Positions 16,573 through 26,619 are shown, counted from the stretch's first letter. The stretch: DNA of 32,000 nt from Candidatus Thalassarchaeaceae archaeon (GCA_045568075.1 JBJLBP010000001.1:450001-482000); one strand, 5' to 3'. Notes: generated by a model from the sequence alone, not told the origin. Translations and numbers: made by a program.

Positions 16573-17501
16573 GACTTCACCTTCTTTGGAACTTTGACGC
16601 CGAGACTTCTGCAGAGCAGAGCCATGCGCGTCGGGACGCCGTTGAATGCCTGTTGGAAGTATCGCGCGTGCTTGGTCGAGTCGACGCTGGGATCAATTTC
16701 CTCGACTCGAGGTAGTGGGTGCATGACGATCATTCCGCCTTTTGCACCCCCCAAATCATCCGCTGTCATTTTGTAGATGCCAGCGACCTTGGTGTATTCA
16801 TCTTCATCAGGGAATCGCTCTTTCTGGATACGAGTCATGTAAATTACATCCGCCTCCGGAATGGCGGCGGCCATATCTTCACTTTCGGTCACGTCGGCGC
16901 CATGCTTCTGCAAATCACCAACGATTTCAGTAGGCATCGTCAAGCTCTCGGGCGACACGAGTGTCAGCTTAGCCCCGAATCGTACTAGCGCGTGAGAGAG
17001 GGAGTGTGTTGTGCGCCCGTAGCGCAAATCGCCGACTAAGACCACGTTCAATCCTTCTAGCGTGCCGTGGGCTTGTCGAATCGTAAACAAATCCAACATA
17101 GTCTGAGTCGGATGGTTGCCAGCGCCGTCGCCAGCGTTCAGCACAGGAATTTCAACCGCGTCGGCGCTGTACTGAGCCGCACCCTGATGCGGGTGACGAA
17201 TCACAGCGATGTCAGAATATCCATCCACCATTTGCATTGTATCGTAGAGAGTCTCACCCTTTGCAACACTCGAGCCGACCGAACTGAGATTCAGTACCTC
17301 GCCTCCAAGCCGCTTCATGGCCGATTCGAAAGACATCCGAGTACGGGTTGAATTCTCGAAGAATAAGTTCCCTAGGACCTTTCCCTGGAGGAGTGGAGCA
17401 TAGATATCTCCTTTGGCAACGGGTAGCAGTCTATCGGCCGCATCCAGTATCTCTACAATCTCATCGTTAGTCAGATCGTCCATGGTGATCAGGTCGCTCA
17501 T
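16569..17501 (-). CDS. pyrB: Aspartate carbamoyltransferase catalytic chain
   Basis: Motifs ENSTRTRMSFE, HPTQ and HPLPRV. GGAGGG lies 6 nt upstream of the ATG. Confidence 0.95.
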   Translation of the reverse strand: MSDLITMDDLTNDEIVEILDAADRLLPVAKGDIYAPLLQGKVLGNLFFENSTRTRMSFESAMKRLGGEVLNLSSVGSSVAKGETLYDTMQMVDGYSDIAVIRHPHQGAAQYSADAVEIPVLNAGDGAGNHPTQTMLDLFTIRQAHGTLEGLNVVLVGDLRYGRTTHSLSHALVRFGAKLTLVSPESLTMPTEIVGDLQKHGADVTESEDMAAAIPEADVIYMTRIQKERFPDEDEYTKVAGIYKMTADDLGGAKGGMIVMHPLPRVEEIDPSVDSTKHARYFQQAFNGVPTRMALLCRSLGVKVPKKVKS

Positions 17502-17614
17502 GTCCAGCCCTCCGACGAATCCCCTCGCACTCCTCTCATAGCCCTTACCCTTCCCTATCGGGACCGAAACCGCACTCCGTCGTCTTGAAGTCGGATGCTT
17601 ACACCCCGCGTGCG

Positions 17615-18598
17615 ATGATCATCTCGCGAACGCCCGTGCGGGTGTCTTTTTGCGGCGGTGGGACCGACGTAGATTGGTTCGCCGAGTCAGAGCCAAATGG
17701 CGGCCGAGTGACCTCTTTGACCCTCTCTCGATACATACACGTAACAGTCAATTCTCGCTTCGATGATAGGGTCCGTGTATCTTACTCAAAGATGGAGATT
17801 GTTGATGACTTCGAGGAACTGGAACACGAACTCGTGAGAGAGGCAATGAGGCTGACTGGAGTGACTTCTGGTGTTGAGATAACAACCATCGCCGACATCC
17901 CGTCCCGAGGTACTGGTCTCGGCTCTTCTTCAACTGTTACAGTAGGTTTGCTGAATGCCTTGCACCGATTCGCTGGGAGGGATGTTTCAGCGGCTCAATT
18001 GGCCGATGAGGCTTGCCAGATTGAGATCGATGTGCTCGGACAGCCTATCGGCCGACAGGATCAGTACGCCGCTGCATTTGGCGGAATAAATTCGATTTCT
18101 TTTACCGGCGAAGGGGTTGATGTTGAGCCGCTTGATTTGGGCGATGAAGTTCTTGAGCGGCTTGAATCAGAATTCACTTTGGTTTTCACAGGGATGAGTC
18201 GGCGGGCGAGTTCGGTGCTTTCCGAATCGCCCGAGGATGAGTCTGACAGATTGACTCGTTTGCGCGCGATTCGCACGCAAGCAGACGAGGCACGTACACA
18301 CCTAGAATGTGGAGATCTTTCGGGTCTTGGAGCGCTCCTAGAGTCCGCTTGGCAAGCCAAGCGCGGCATTACCGCGAGTGTCTCGAATGAGGAGTTGGAT
18401 GCTCTTCACGACCGACTCCTAAGTCTCGGCGCCAGCGGAGCTAAACTTCTCGGCGCCGGAGGTGGCGGTTTCTTCCTTGTCCACGGCGACACAACTCTAC
18501 GCGAACACCTGATCGCCGAACTTGGCGCCGACCACAGAATAATTCCTCTCACCGTTGATTTCTACGGTTCGAGAATCATACACGATGGAAGTGAGTGA
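17615..18598 (+). CDS. GHMP-family sugar kinase (HddA/COG2605-like)
   Basis: This is track ORF 17585 (TTG) trimmed to ATG 17615, so the protein begins MIISRTPVRVSFCGGGTDV, typical of this subgroup. GHMP motif II is PSRGTGLGSSSTVTV and motif III is KLLGAGGGGFFL. Confidence 0.8.
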   Translation: MIISRTPVRVSFCGGGTDVDWFAESEPNGGRVTSLTLSRYIHVTVNSRFDDRVRVSYSKMEIVDDFEELEHELVREAMRLTGVTSGVEITTIADIPSRGTGLGSSSTVTVGLLNALHRFAGRDVSAAQLADEACQIEIDVLGQPIGRQDQYAAAFGGINSISFTGEGVDVEPLDLGDEVLERLESEFTLVFTGMSRRASSVLSESPEDESDRLTRLRAIRTQADEARTHLECGDLSGLGALLESAWQAKRGITASVSNEELDALHDRLLSLGASGAKLLGAGGGGFFLVHGDTTLREHLIAELGADHRIIPLTVDFYGSRIIHDGSE

Positions 18599-20683
18599 AT
18601 GAATAGAACAATCCTCGCAATTTTGCTGACGGCAGTACTTCTGACACCGATGATACCCGTGGCAAATGCCGACGCACACGGAATTCCCTCGGACCTCGAT
18701 CCTTACGATGGCTTCGCGACTCTAGAAATTCACGATATTCTCGATGTCAACTCGAATATCACGGCGACTTGGACTCTCAACATCTCAATCTCAGATTACC
18801 TTGGCACCGGTTATCTTGTTCACCCAGGACTCGGTATCCGAAAGCAAATCGACATGTATCTCGGAGACGGAGATGATTTCCTCAACCAGAGTGAAATCGA
18901 TCTGTTCACGCCTTACTTAGAGAATCGCGCGTGGAATGACTCCGAGCGCGCGGGATGCTGCATGCTTGACCACGAACCGTTCTCGCCAACTAATACCACA
19001 ATCATTCCCAATCCGCCCGAACCAGGTCCGGTGACGATGCGCAATGGCTCATGGGGCTGGACCGAAATCGTCGAGCTCGCAGGACAAACCGATGGTCGCT
19101 CGACGCGCTTAATCGACTTACCACGCACCGGCGCTGCAGTCGAAGAGGTACCACTCACCATCATTCTCCCTAACCCATTCGAATACCGTTATTCAGCAAT
19201 GGAAGAAGTCATTGAGGGCTCGCCGAGTGAATTCACTGTCAATCGTAGCGCTGTTCCGGTGGCAAGCGATATTAGAATCAGCGTTGGTAAGAATAACCAG
19301 CCAAATATCGCCGCGCAAAGAATTGGTGATAGTTCATCAATTCCTCTCGAGACTGCGACGACCTACGAAGCAACTTGCACTGACAGCCATCTAGATGACA
19401 CGAACATCAAGTGGGAGTTCAGCAACAATGGAACCACAGTTCTCATCAGCGATGAATCGTGGGTCTCAATCGTCCCTTCCGAATACAATTACAGTCACGG
19501 TGAGGTCCTCAGCGTCAATGTCTATTGTCTCGATTCCTTTGGATGGAGTGTCGATTGGTATGAGAATGTCGTCATCGATGGGATTTCACCTACTTGGGAG
19601 GCTTCCTTCACTGCGAATCCAGATGTTGGCGAGGCTACTGCCATCGATATCAGTGATGGAATCATCGAGGTTGGCAGCGAGGATGTACTAGACATCAATA
19701 TCGTTGCATCAGATGATTCTGGCCTCGACACAACAATCGAAATCACCAGTAATCGATCGAGCGAGTGGCGACATGTCGATTGGTCAGAAATGACGGCCCA
19801 AGCTCGCTTCCCGCAGGGCGAAAAGGTCAACGGATTGCATCTCGATATCGAACATCGTCATGAGGCAAAACCAGCCACAACTTACAGCCTCAATCTCAAG
19901 GTCACCGACGACGCCGGCAATTCAGTATTCCACGAATGGACCATCCTCGTCCTCGACGGTGCTGGACCTACAATCCTACCAGATATCTACACCAACGGCA
20001 CGCTAATCTCAGCTGAGCATCCTGTGCGCGCCGGTGTCCCAATTCTAGTCAATCTCTCGAATTCCTACGACGATCTCGACGGGATTAATGATACTAAATG
20101 GACATTCATCCTCAACGAAGAAACAATGTTCGAAAATCTCAGCTTTGCAGCGATTTCGACCTTTAATATCGAGCCATTGGAAGCCGGTTCGCACTGGTTC
20201 ATTATCATGGCTTGGGACTCAAAAGGTAACATGGATACCCTGTCTTTCTCCCTCGCGGTACAACCCGCTCCGGGTGTAGACATACGCATCGCTAATGTCA
20301 GTCACTACGGGACAGCGATAGTTGGCGAGACAATGCAGGTTCATGTTACGATTCAGAATTTCGGTGGCAATACCGCCACCGGCAGGCTGTGCAGCGGTGA
20401 TGTCTGCTCTTCACACGCGAACATCCCTTGGGCGACATCGGTCGGCCCGGGAGTGGTTGGAGTGACATTGGATATTCCTTTGGAGCGTGCTGGAGAGCTT
20501 CCGCTGCGCTTTGAATGGGGGAGCAGTTTACTGAATGAAGAGGTGACGATTACCATCGATTCCGAGATTACTGTGAATCCTGATTCAGGGCCTTTGCAAG
20601 TAGTTCTCGGTGTCTTCCTCGTGCTTGCAGGACTGGCTATCGGGGCTCGGATGCTTTGGGGCACCGAGCGGTTCGATGATTGA
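18599..20683 (+). CDS. Secreted, C-terminally membrane-anchored cell-surface protein with Ig-like (PKD/CARDB-like) modules; candidate glycoprotein
   Basis: The signal peptide is MNRTILAILLTAVLLTPMIPVANA. I count about 15 N-x-S/T sequons by eye. PKD-like stretches include YSLNLKVTDDAGNSVFHEWTILV, and a CARDB-like stretch reads DIRIANVSHYGTAIVGETMQVHVTIQNFGG. The C-terminal TM is LQVVLGVFLVLAGLAIGARMLW. The ATG directly follows the kinase stop (TGAATG). Confidence 0.8.
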   Translation: MNRTILAILLTAVLLTPMIPVANADAHGIPSDLDPYDGFATLEIHDILDVNSNITATWTLNISISDYLGTGYLVHPGLGIRKQIDMYLGDGDDFLNQSEIDLFTPYLENRAWNDSERAGCCMLDHEPFSPTNTTIIPNPPEPGPVTMRNGSWGWTEIVELAGQTDGRSTRLIDLPRTGAAVEEVPLTIILPNPFEYRYSAMEEVIEGSPSEFTVNRSAVPVASDIRISVGKNNQPNIAAQRIGDSSSIPLETATTYEATCTDSHLDDTNIKWEFSNNGTTVLISDESWVSIVPSEYNYSHGEVLSVNVYCLDSFGWSVDWYENVVIDGISPTWEASFTANPDVGEATAIDISDGIIEVGSEDVLDINIVASDDSGLDTTIEITSNRSSEWRHVDWSEMTAQARFPQGEKVNGLHLDIEHRHEAKPATTYSLNLKVTDDAGNSVFHEWTILVLDGAGPTILPDIYTNGTLISAEHPVRAGVPILVNLSNSYDDLDGINDTKWTFILNEETMFENLSFAAISTFNIEPLEAGSHWFIIMAWDSKGNMDTLSFSLAVQPAPGVDIRIANVSHYGTAIVGETMQVHVTIQNFGGNTATGRLCSGDVCSSHANIPWATSVGPGVVGVTLDIPLERAGELPLRFEWGSSLLNEEVTITIDSEITVNPDSGPLQVVLGVFLVLAGLAIGARMLWGTERFDD

Positions 20684-20773
20684 TTTGGCCGAATCTAAAG
20701 CAAGTATTCGTTAGGCCTGCTGTAAGTCCAGCGGACCGCTCGACTCTTGACCTGAACACGTGGGTGAGGTGGT

Positions 20774-22492
20774 ATGGTGCTCCCGCCCGACCACGCTGAC
20801 CGGGTGATTGCACAGCAACGCGCTCGCGTCGAGAAGGTGGCGTTGGCAGGAACTCTAGTGCTCATCGCCTCTGCTGGATGGTGGCTTCTGCCGGCGATGG
20901 ATGGCAGCGTCGAGATGTTACCACGAATGGGGCCTGTTGTGGCTATCTTCGTGGCTGCCTTGATGCTGATGGATTTGATCGACCACGGCCCTGTTCAGCG
21001 TTCTCGGATTGCTATTGCTGCTGGCTTGGCTTGGCCGATGGTCGTCGCGCTCGCAATCGATTCGTTTGGTACAGGAGATCGCGCTCTTGCGACTGTGATT
21101 CTCATTCTAGTCGCAGGAGCATTGCTGAATCATTGGCGGAATGCGCTTGGTGTGACTCTCGCTACGCGTAGACTTCGAGCCTTCTCGGGTTTGGTAGGGG
21201 CTGCCTTAGGAATTGCAATCGTGCTTTCGCTTGGCTTGGATATGCTTGTTGCAGGTGCCTTCGCTGTGGCCTGTCTAGGCCTGGTGGTGCCTGATTTACT
21301 TGCCAAGGATGAGGATCACGAGGCGAGGCAGGGGTTCGGAGCTGAATTGGAGGCTGCCGAGGCTCGAATGCTCGACTTGCGTTCAAAGAATTCCGGACTG
21401 GAGCAGGCCGCTTCACTGATTCAACAGGCGCGCGATCGTGGATGGAAAGATCCAGCGCGTGGAATGGTTCTGCTAGAGGAGGCCGAGCGAGAAGCGGAGC
21501 GTGTCATGGCGATGGCTGTGGATATCGATGCCATTCGGGCCGATGCACTGGACGCTGTTGAGAAGGCCGAGGCGATTGCGCCCATTGTCGAGGGACCTCG
21601 ACGAGCATTCCAGATGGGTGACAAGGAGGCTGGTCTCGGTTCGCTTCGCGAGGCTGAGACGCTCTACCGAGTAGCCAAGACAAAGGCGGGGGCAATCGAA
21701 GATAATTGGCAAGCCGCAGCCGAATCAATTTCAACTGCTGAGAAGGCAATAGCAGACAAGTCTGGTGCGGCGACCAATTCTGTTCTAGGAATCCTCGCCG
21801 CTGCCAAGGAAGCGATGGATGCTGAGGAGCCGGCCGAGGCTCTCCACATTGCCAACGCGATTCCAGCTCACATGGAGAGTCTCGAAGCATCGACTGGAGA
21901 GGCTGAGGAAGCAATCGCCGAAGCCGAGGCCGCACTTTCCGCGGCAGAGGGAGAATTAGCCCTAGCAAATGCTGGCCGGCTAGAAGATGCAAAGGAGGCA
22001 TTCGCTAAGGGAGATGCACCTCTGGCGAAGGGACTCGCCGATAGTCTCGCTCGCGAGGTGCGAGAAACCTCCGATGCCATGCAAGAGGTCCAACGCGCGC
22101 TGCGCCAAAAGAAACAGATTAGCGCGCGCTTCCCGACCGGGCCAGCAGGCGAATCATGGCAGGCCCGATTAACCGAGGTTGAAGCCGCAGCAAGTAGCGG
22201 AGAATGGGCTACTGCAGCCAAATCACTCACATCCTTGACCAATGATTTACAATCCTACGATGCCGAGGTCGGCGAAGCAAAGGAACTCCTCGAATTCGTT
22301 CAGTCAGAATGGACCGAGTTGCGCCGCCGTCTCGATTCGACAAGTATTGATCCAACCGACGAAACTCGAAGAGCGACCGAGGCCGCCATCAAACAAGCAA
22401 TCGAAGCCCTCGAAGCCGGAGACGTCCAATCCTGTCTCACCGCACTTGGCACAGCCGACGAACTCTCCGAAAACTTGCGAAGAAGGGTGTGA
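20774..22492 (+). CDS. Membrane-anchored (about 5-6 N-terminal TM) Ala/Glu-rich helical-repeat protein, unknown family
   Basis: 572-aa ORF with a GAGGT SD (20766-20770). It has hydrophobic helices up to about aa 175, followed by about 390 aa of Ala/Glu/Leu-rich helix. The strong antisense shadow ORFs here are typical of biased composition. Confidence 0.7.
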   Translation: MVLPPDHADRVIAQQRARVEKVALAGTLVLIASAGWWLLPAMDGSVEMLPRMGPVVAIFVAALMLMDLIDHGPVQRSRIAIAAGLAWPMVVALAIDSFGTGDRALATVILILVAGALLNHWRNALGVTLATRRLRAFSGLVGAALGIAIVLSLGLDMLVAGAFAVACLGLVVPDLLAKDEDHEARQGFGAELEAAEARMLDLRSKNSGLEQAASLIQQARDRGWKDPARGMVLLEEAEREAERVMAMAVDIDAIRADALDAVEKAEAIAPIVEGPRRAFQMGDKEAGLGSLREAETLYRVAKTKAGAIEDNWQAAAESISTAEKAIADKSGAATNSVLGILAAAKEAMDAEEPAEALHIANAIPAHMESLEASTGEAEEAIAEAEAALSAAEGELALANAGRLEDAKEAFAKGDAPLAKGLADSLAREVRETSDAMQEVQRALRQKKQISARFPTGPAGESWQARLTEVEAAASSGEWATAAKSLTSLTNDLQSYDAEVGEAKELLEFVQSEWTELRRRLDSTSIDPTDETRRATEAAIKQAIEALEAGDVQSCLTALGTADELSENLRRRV

Positions 22493-22503
22493 ATTGATTT
22501 TCA

Positions 22504-24450
22504 CTAAGGTACGAGACTCAACTCACGCTCGCGATTGGTAATCTCAGCGAAGATGCTTGCGACAAATTCGTCCAGTGTAACGCCCTTGGCTTGGTCACCA
22601 TTGCGTGCCCGGATAGAAACCGTACTATCAGCAGCCTCTTCCTCACCAAGAATCAACATGTAAGCCGGGCGCATCTTTCGATGCATACGGATTTTCTTGC
22701 CGATTGTCGCATCTGAATCATCAACTCGAACCCGCACACCAGCAGCAGCCAAGGCCTCACTGACAACGCCTGCATACTCGCGTTGTTTTTCTGAAATTGT
22801 AATCACCTGAACCTGGACTGGTGACAACCAAGTCGGGAAGTTGCCAATCCAGTGCTCGGTCAGGAATGCTACAAATCGCTCATGAGTCGATAGTGGAGCG
22901 CGATGAATCACGAAAACCTCGCCATTTTCCTCGCCATTTTCATCCTTGTAACTCAACTCAAACCGATCCTTAGCAGCGAAATCCAACTGAATCGTTGACA
23001 TAGATTCCTCGCGCCCGAGAGCGGTCGTGAATTGAATATCGATTTTCGGACCATAGAAAGCAGCTTCTCCGACCGCCTCGACATAAGGCATTTTCATCTC
23101 ATCTAGAATCTGCCTCAAATGATTCTGAGTAGCCTCCCAGTTGCTCACTTCCCCGATGTATTTCTCAGTGTTTTCAGGATCCCACAGAGACAAACGGAAG
23201 TGGAAGTTTTCGAACCCAAAGGTTCGGTAGTAGTCGCTGACCATCTGTACGTTCGCACGCACTTCATCCCCTACCTGATCCAGCGTGCAGTAGATGTGAG
23301 CATCATTCATCGAAAGCATGCGAACGCGAAGCAGTCCAGATAGGGTGCCCGAGAGTTCGTTGCGGTAGACAGTGCCGTACTCAGCAATACGCAGTGGTAA
23401 TTCTCGGTAACTCCGCTTCTTATTGCGGAAAATCAAGTGGTGCATTGGGCAGTTCATCGCCTTCAGGTAATACGTGCCATCGTCCATTTCCATAGGCGGG
23501 TACATGCCTTCCGCATAGTGGGGGAGATGTCCACTGCATTCGAATAATTCCTGTTTTGCGAGAACCGGGGTGGTGACGCGATCGTAGCCATATGCCTCCT
23601 CGGTCTCGACCGCGTAGCGCTCGATTTCTGATTTCAGAATCTCTCCATTCGGCAACCAGACCGGCAATCCCTTGCCGATGAGTTCGTCGATCATGTAGAG
23701 TTCCATCTCTTTGCCGATTTTCTTATGGTCGCGCTTTCCTGCTTCTTCGATTTGGCGCTGGCGTTCCTTGAGTCCATCTTTCGTGGCATAGCACATGCCG
23801 TAAATTCGAACGAGGGACTCGCGTTTGCTATCAGCTCGCCAATAGGCTGTACTGGTGCTGGTCAGTTTGAACCAGCGCAGGTGGGATGTTGCTGGAACGT
23901 GTGGTCCTCGGCAGAGATCGATGAAGTCGCCTTGGCGATATGCCGAGGAGCCAACATCATGGCCGATTTTGTCGTCCATAATTTCGATTTTGAATTTGTT
24001 ATCTGCAAACATCTCGCGCAGTGAATCATTGTCCATTTCTTCGCGGATGATTGTGTGGTTAGAGCGAATGTGTTGATTCATCTTCTTCTCAATCGCGCGC
24101 AGTTCTGTATCGCCAATTGGATCCATGTGGAAATCATAGTAGAAGCCATGGTCGATTGGCGGACCAATCGTCGGTTTTGCATCGGGAAACATCTCGACGA
24201 CAGCCTGCGCCAGTAGGTGAGCACAGGAATGGCGCAGAATGTAGAGTCCAGCCTCGCTCTCACCATTAATCGGCTCGAGGCTGCAATCTGAGTCGAGGAT
24301 GAATGAGAAATCTCGCTCGACTCCGTCGATGAGCGCAGCGACAGCCCCAGAGCGCTTGCCGTGAACATTGAGGATGACTTCGCCAGCACTGATTCCTGAG
24401 GCGTATTCATGCGCGCCGTCGGCGCCAACATTGACCGTGATCATCGACAT
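22504..24450 (-). CDS. thrS: Threonyl-tRNA synthetase (full-length bacterial-type: TGS, editing, class II core, anticodon-binding domains)
   Basis: This is track ORF 22504..24735 trimmed to ATG 24450, which has GGAGG (minus strand, 24458-24462) 7 nt upstream. The protein then begins with the TGS domain MSMITVNVGADG.... The editing motif is HSCAHLLAQAV and the core includes FRNKKRSYRELPLRIAEYGTVYRNE. The removed 5' extension overlaps arcC. Confidence 0.95.
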   Translation of the reverse strand: MSMITVNVGADGAHEYASGISAGEVILNVHGKRSGAVAALIDGVERDFSFILDSDCSLEPINGESEAGLYILRHSCAHLLAQAVVEMFPDAKPTIGPPIDHGFYYDFHMDPIGDTELRAIEKKMNQHIRSNHTIIREEMDNDSLREMFADNKFKIEIMDDKIGHDVGSSAYRQGDFIDLCRGPHVPATSHLRWFKLTSTSTAYWRADSKRESLVRIYGMCYATKDGLKERQRQIEEAGKRDHKKIGKEMELYMIDELIGKGLPVWLPNGEILKSEIERYAVETEEAYGYDRVTTPVLAKQELFECSGHLPHYAEGMYPPMEMDDGTYYLKAMNCPMHHLIFRNKKRSYRELPLRIAEYGTVYRNELSGTLSGLLRVRMLSMNDAHIYCTLDQVGDEVRANVQMVSDYYRTFGFENFHFRLSLWDPENTEKYIGEVSNWEATQNHLRQILDEMKMPYVEAVGEAAFYGPKIDIQFTTALGREESMSTIQLDFAAKDRFELSYKDENGEENGEVFVIHRAPLSTHERFVAFLTEHWIGNFPTWLSPVQVQVITISEKQREYAGVVSEALAAAGVRVRVDDSDATIGKKIRMHRKMRPAYMLILGEEEAADSTVSIRARNGDQAKGVTLDEFVASIFAEITNRERELSLVP

Positions 24451-24511
24451 GCCTGTGCCTCCGTTGGCTACGCCACGAACTGATGCTATGAAGGGCTTGC
24501 TTGAAATCGAG

Positions 24512-25420
24512 TTATTCGATGACGAATTGAGTACCGGCGGTACCCTCGACCATCGCCGGTATATCGGCCAGCGCACCGATAACTGCACGCTGTCCGGTGC
24601 GTGAGACAAAATCAGCCGCCGCCTCGACTTTTGGCCCCATAGAACCGGCGGCGAACTCATACTTCTCGATCTCATCAGGAGTCGTTCTCTCGATCCGACG
24701 CGCTTCTTCAGTCCCCCAATCAAGATACACTCCATCTGTGTCTGTCGCCATGATTAGCAAATCGGCTTCTAACTCGAAAGCCAGAAGTGAGCTAGCTCGA
24801 TCCTTATCGATTACCACTTCGACTCCCTCAAGGTTGCCTTCCTTGTTGTAAATCGTTGGAATTCCACCCCCGCCCGCGCAGATGACGATAGTGCCCTTCT
24901 CAAGCAGCCAATGGATTGGGCGCATCTCAAAGATTCGATGCGGTTCAGGAGAGGGTACGACGCGTCGCCATTGCTCCCCGTCGGGCCTCATCAACCAGCC
25001 CTTTTCTGCCTCCAGGCGCTTCGCCTCAGCCTCGCTATACACCGGTCCGATGGGTTTGGTAGGTTCGTCGAAGGCAGGGTCTTCCGGGTCAACCTCAACC
25101 ATGGTCAGGATGGTAGCGAAAGGGTATTCGATGGGAAGTAAATTGCCGAGCTCCTGCTCGATCATGTATCCAATCATCCCCTCGGTCTGGGCCCCCAAAA
25201 CATCCAACGGGTACGCCTCGACTTCTTCGTACGCCGCCGATTGCAAAGCCAAGAGACCTACCTGCGGTCCATTGCCGTGGCTGATAACGAGTTGATTGTC
25301 TGCTGCTATTGGTGCCAGTGCTTGGGCTGCAATGCGTACATTCTCTCGCTGGTTCTTCGCAGTCATCGGTTGCCCGCGCCTTAGCAATGCGTTGCCGCCG
25401 AGTGCCACTACGATTCGCAT
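24512..25420 (-). CDS. arcC: Carbamate kinase
   Basis: The N-terminus [17 protein letters not shown]...[10 protein letters not shown] and the internal ICAGGGGIP are characteristic of carbamate kinase; the ORF is 302 aa. Confidence 0.9.
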   Translation of the reverse strand: MRIVVALGGNALLRRGQPMTAKNQRENVRIAAQALAPIAADNQLVISHGNGPQVGLLALQSAAYEEVEAYPLDVLGAQTEGMIGYMIEQELGNLLPIEYPFATILTMVEVDPEDPAFDEPTKPIGPVYSEAEAKRLEAEKGWLMRPDGEQWRRVVPSPEPHRIFEMRPIHWLLEKGTIVICAGGGGIPTIYNKEGNLEGVEVVIDKDRASSLLAFELEADLLIMATDTDGVYLDWGTEEARRIERTTPDEIEKYEFAAGSMGPKVEAAADFVSRTGQRAVIGALADIPAMVEGTAGTQFVIE

Positions 25421-25473
25421 GAGGGTGCGACGGCGTGCTGTGGTGATATTAACGCACGCCCGCTGCGGCGAGC

Positions 25474-26619
25474 GTGACTCGTATCGGGCTACTGGTCAAT
25501 CCCGACGCCGGCTTAGGCGGACGCTTGGGTCTGAAGGGCTCTGATGGTCAGGCCGAGTTCGCACGCTCGCAGGGTGCTGAGGATCGTGCTGGACCGCGCG
25601 TTGCAGTCGCTCTCACGCATTTCGCGCGGCTGCGTAAGGACCCATCCAGCCTAGAATGGATTACTAGCGAAGGACGGATGGGAACTGACTGGATTGGCAG
25701 CGATTTAGAGGTTGGTTCGGTGTCCACGATCCATACTTCTTCTGGCTTGACAACTTCTGAGGACACCGCTGGATTAGTTGCTCAATTACTCGAATCAAAT
25801 ATCGATATCCTGGTTTATGGTGGCGGGGACGGCACAACCCGCGACATCGTCGCCGCTCTCGAATCAGCCGGTAGCCAGAACCTGCCAATAATCGGCGTAC
25901 CGTGTGGAGTCAAGATGCATTCAGGAAGTTTCGCCGCCTCTCCAAAGGCGGCGGCAGAAGTTCTCTCCGCTTGGCTGGATGGAGAATTATTGCTGGCGAG
26001 TACGGAAGTTTTGGACCTCGATGAGGAGGTTTATCGTCAAGGGCGTTGGGTCGTTAGGCTCTACGCTGAGGCGATGACTCCGGCGAGTCCGAGGTGGATG
26101 CAGGGGACCAAACAGCGTGTCGAAGCGAGTGGTGAAGAGGAGGTCCTCGAAGGGCTTGCTGACCACGTTCGAGAACTGCTCATGGAGGATGGGCGATTAC
26201 TCATTTGGGGCTCAGGCGGAACACTCAGGACAATCGGAACTCAGGTTGGAATTAAGCCGAGTGTGCTTGGGATTGATGCGAGTGTCGGCGGCGAGCAGGT
26301 CGGAACTGATCTGAATGAGGTTGACCTGCTCAAGTTGATTTCTGGTCATGATGGAGAGGTAACGATTCTACTTTCACCGATGGGTGGTCAAGGCTTCTTG
26401 ATTGGACGTGGTAATCTGCAGCTTTCACCCGCGGTGCTGAGTGCTGCGGGAATTGATTCTGTTCTGGGCATTTGCACCCCCGCGAAGTTGCTGACTGTGA
26501 GGCGATTACGCATCGAGACAGGGGATGTGGAGTTGGATGCAGAGTTTGCTGCCAAGCGCTATCTCAAGGTGTTGCAAGGATATAGGACTACCAGAGTTCT
26601 ACCAATTGCTGTAGACTGA
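25474..26619 (+). CDS. ATP-NAD kinase family protein (COG3199-like)
   Basis: GTG start. The N-terminus reads [13 protein letters not shown], followed by [15 protein letters not shown] and [16 protein letters not shown]. The ORF is 381 aa. Confidence 0.75.
   Translation: MTRIGLLVNPDAGLGGRLGLKGSDGQAEFARSQGAEDRAGPRVAVALTHFARLRKDPSSLEWITSEGRMGTDWIGSDLEVGSVSTIHTSSGLTTSEDTAGLVAQLLESNIDILVYGGGDGTTRDIVAALESAGSQNLPIIGVPCGVKMHSGSFAASPKAAAEVLSAWLDGELLLASTEVLDLDEEVYRQGRWVVRLYAEAMTPASPRWMQGTKQRVEASGEEEVLEGLADHVRELLMEDGRLLIWGSGGTLRTIGTQVGIKPSVLGIDASVGGEQVGTDLNEVDLLKLISGHDGEVTILLSPMGGQGFLIGRGNLQLSPAVLSAAGIDSVLGICTPAKLLTVRRLRIETGDVELDAEFAAKRYLKVLQGYRTTRVLPIAVD

Noticed and set aside
17542-17556. G-quadruplex in the pyrB leader
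   Set aside because: Only three closely spaced GGG tracts are present. The fourth G-tract is 17 nt away and overlaps the SD. I kept this only as a low-interest leader observation.
24451-24735. 5' extension of the thrS ORF (track start 24735), giving a 743-aa protein
   Set aside because: The extension ([20 protein letters not shown]...) overlaps the 3' end of the well-supported arcC gene on the same strand in another frame. It has no ThrRS counterpart. An ATG with GGAGG 7 nt upstream sits at 24450, exactly where the TGS domain begins.
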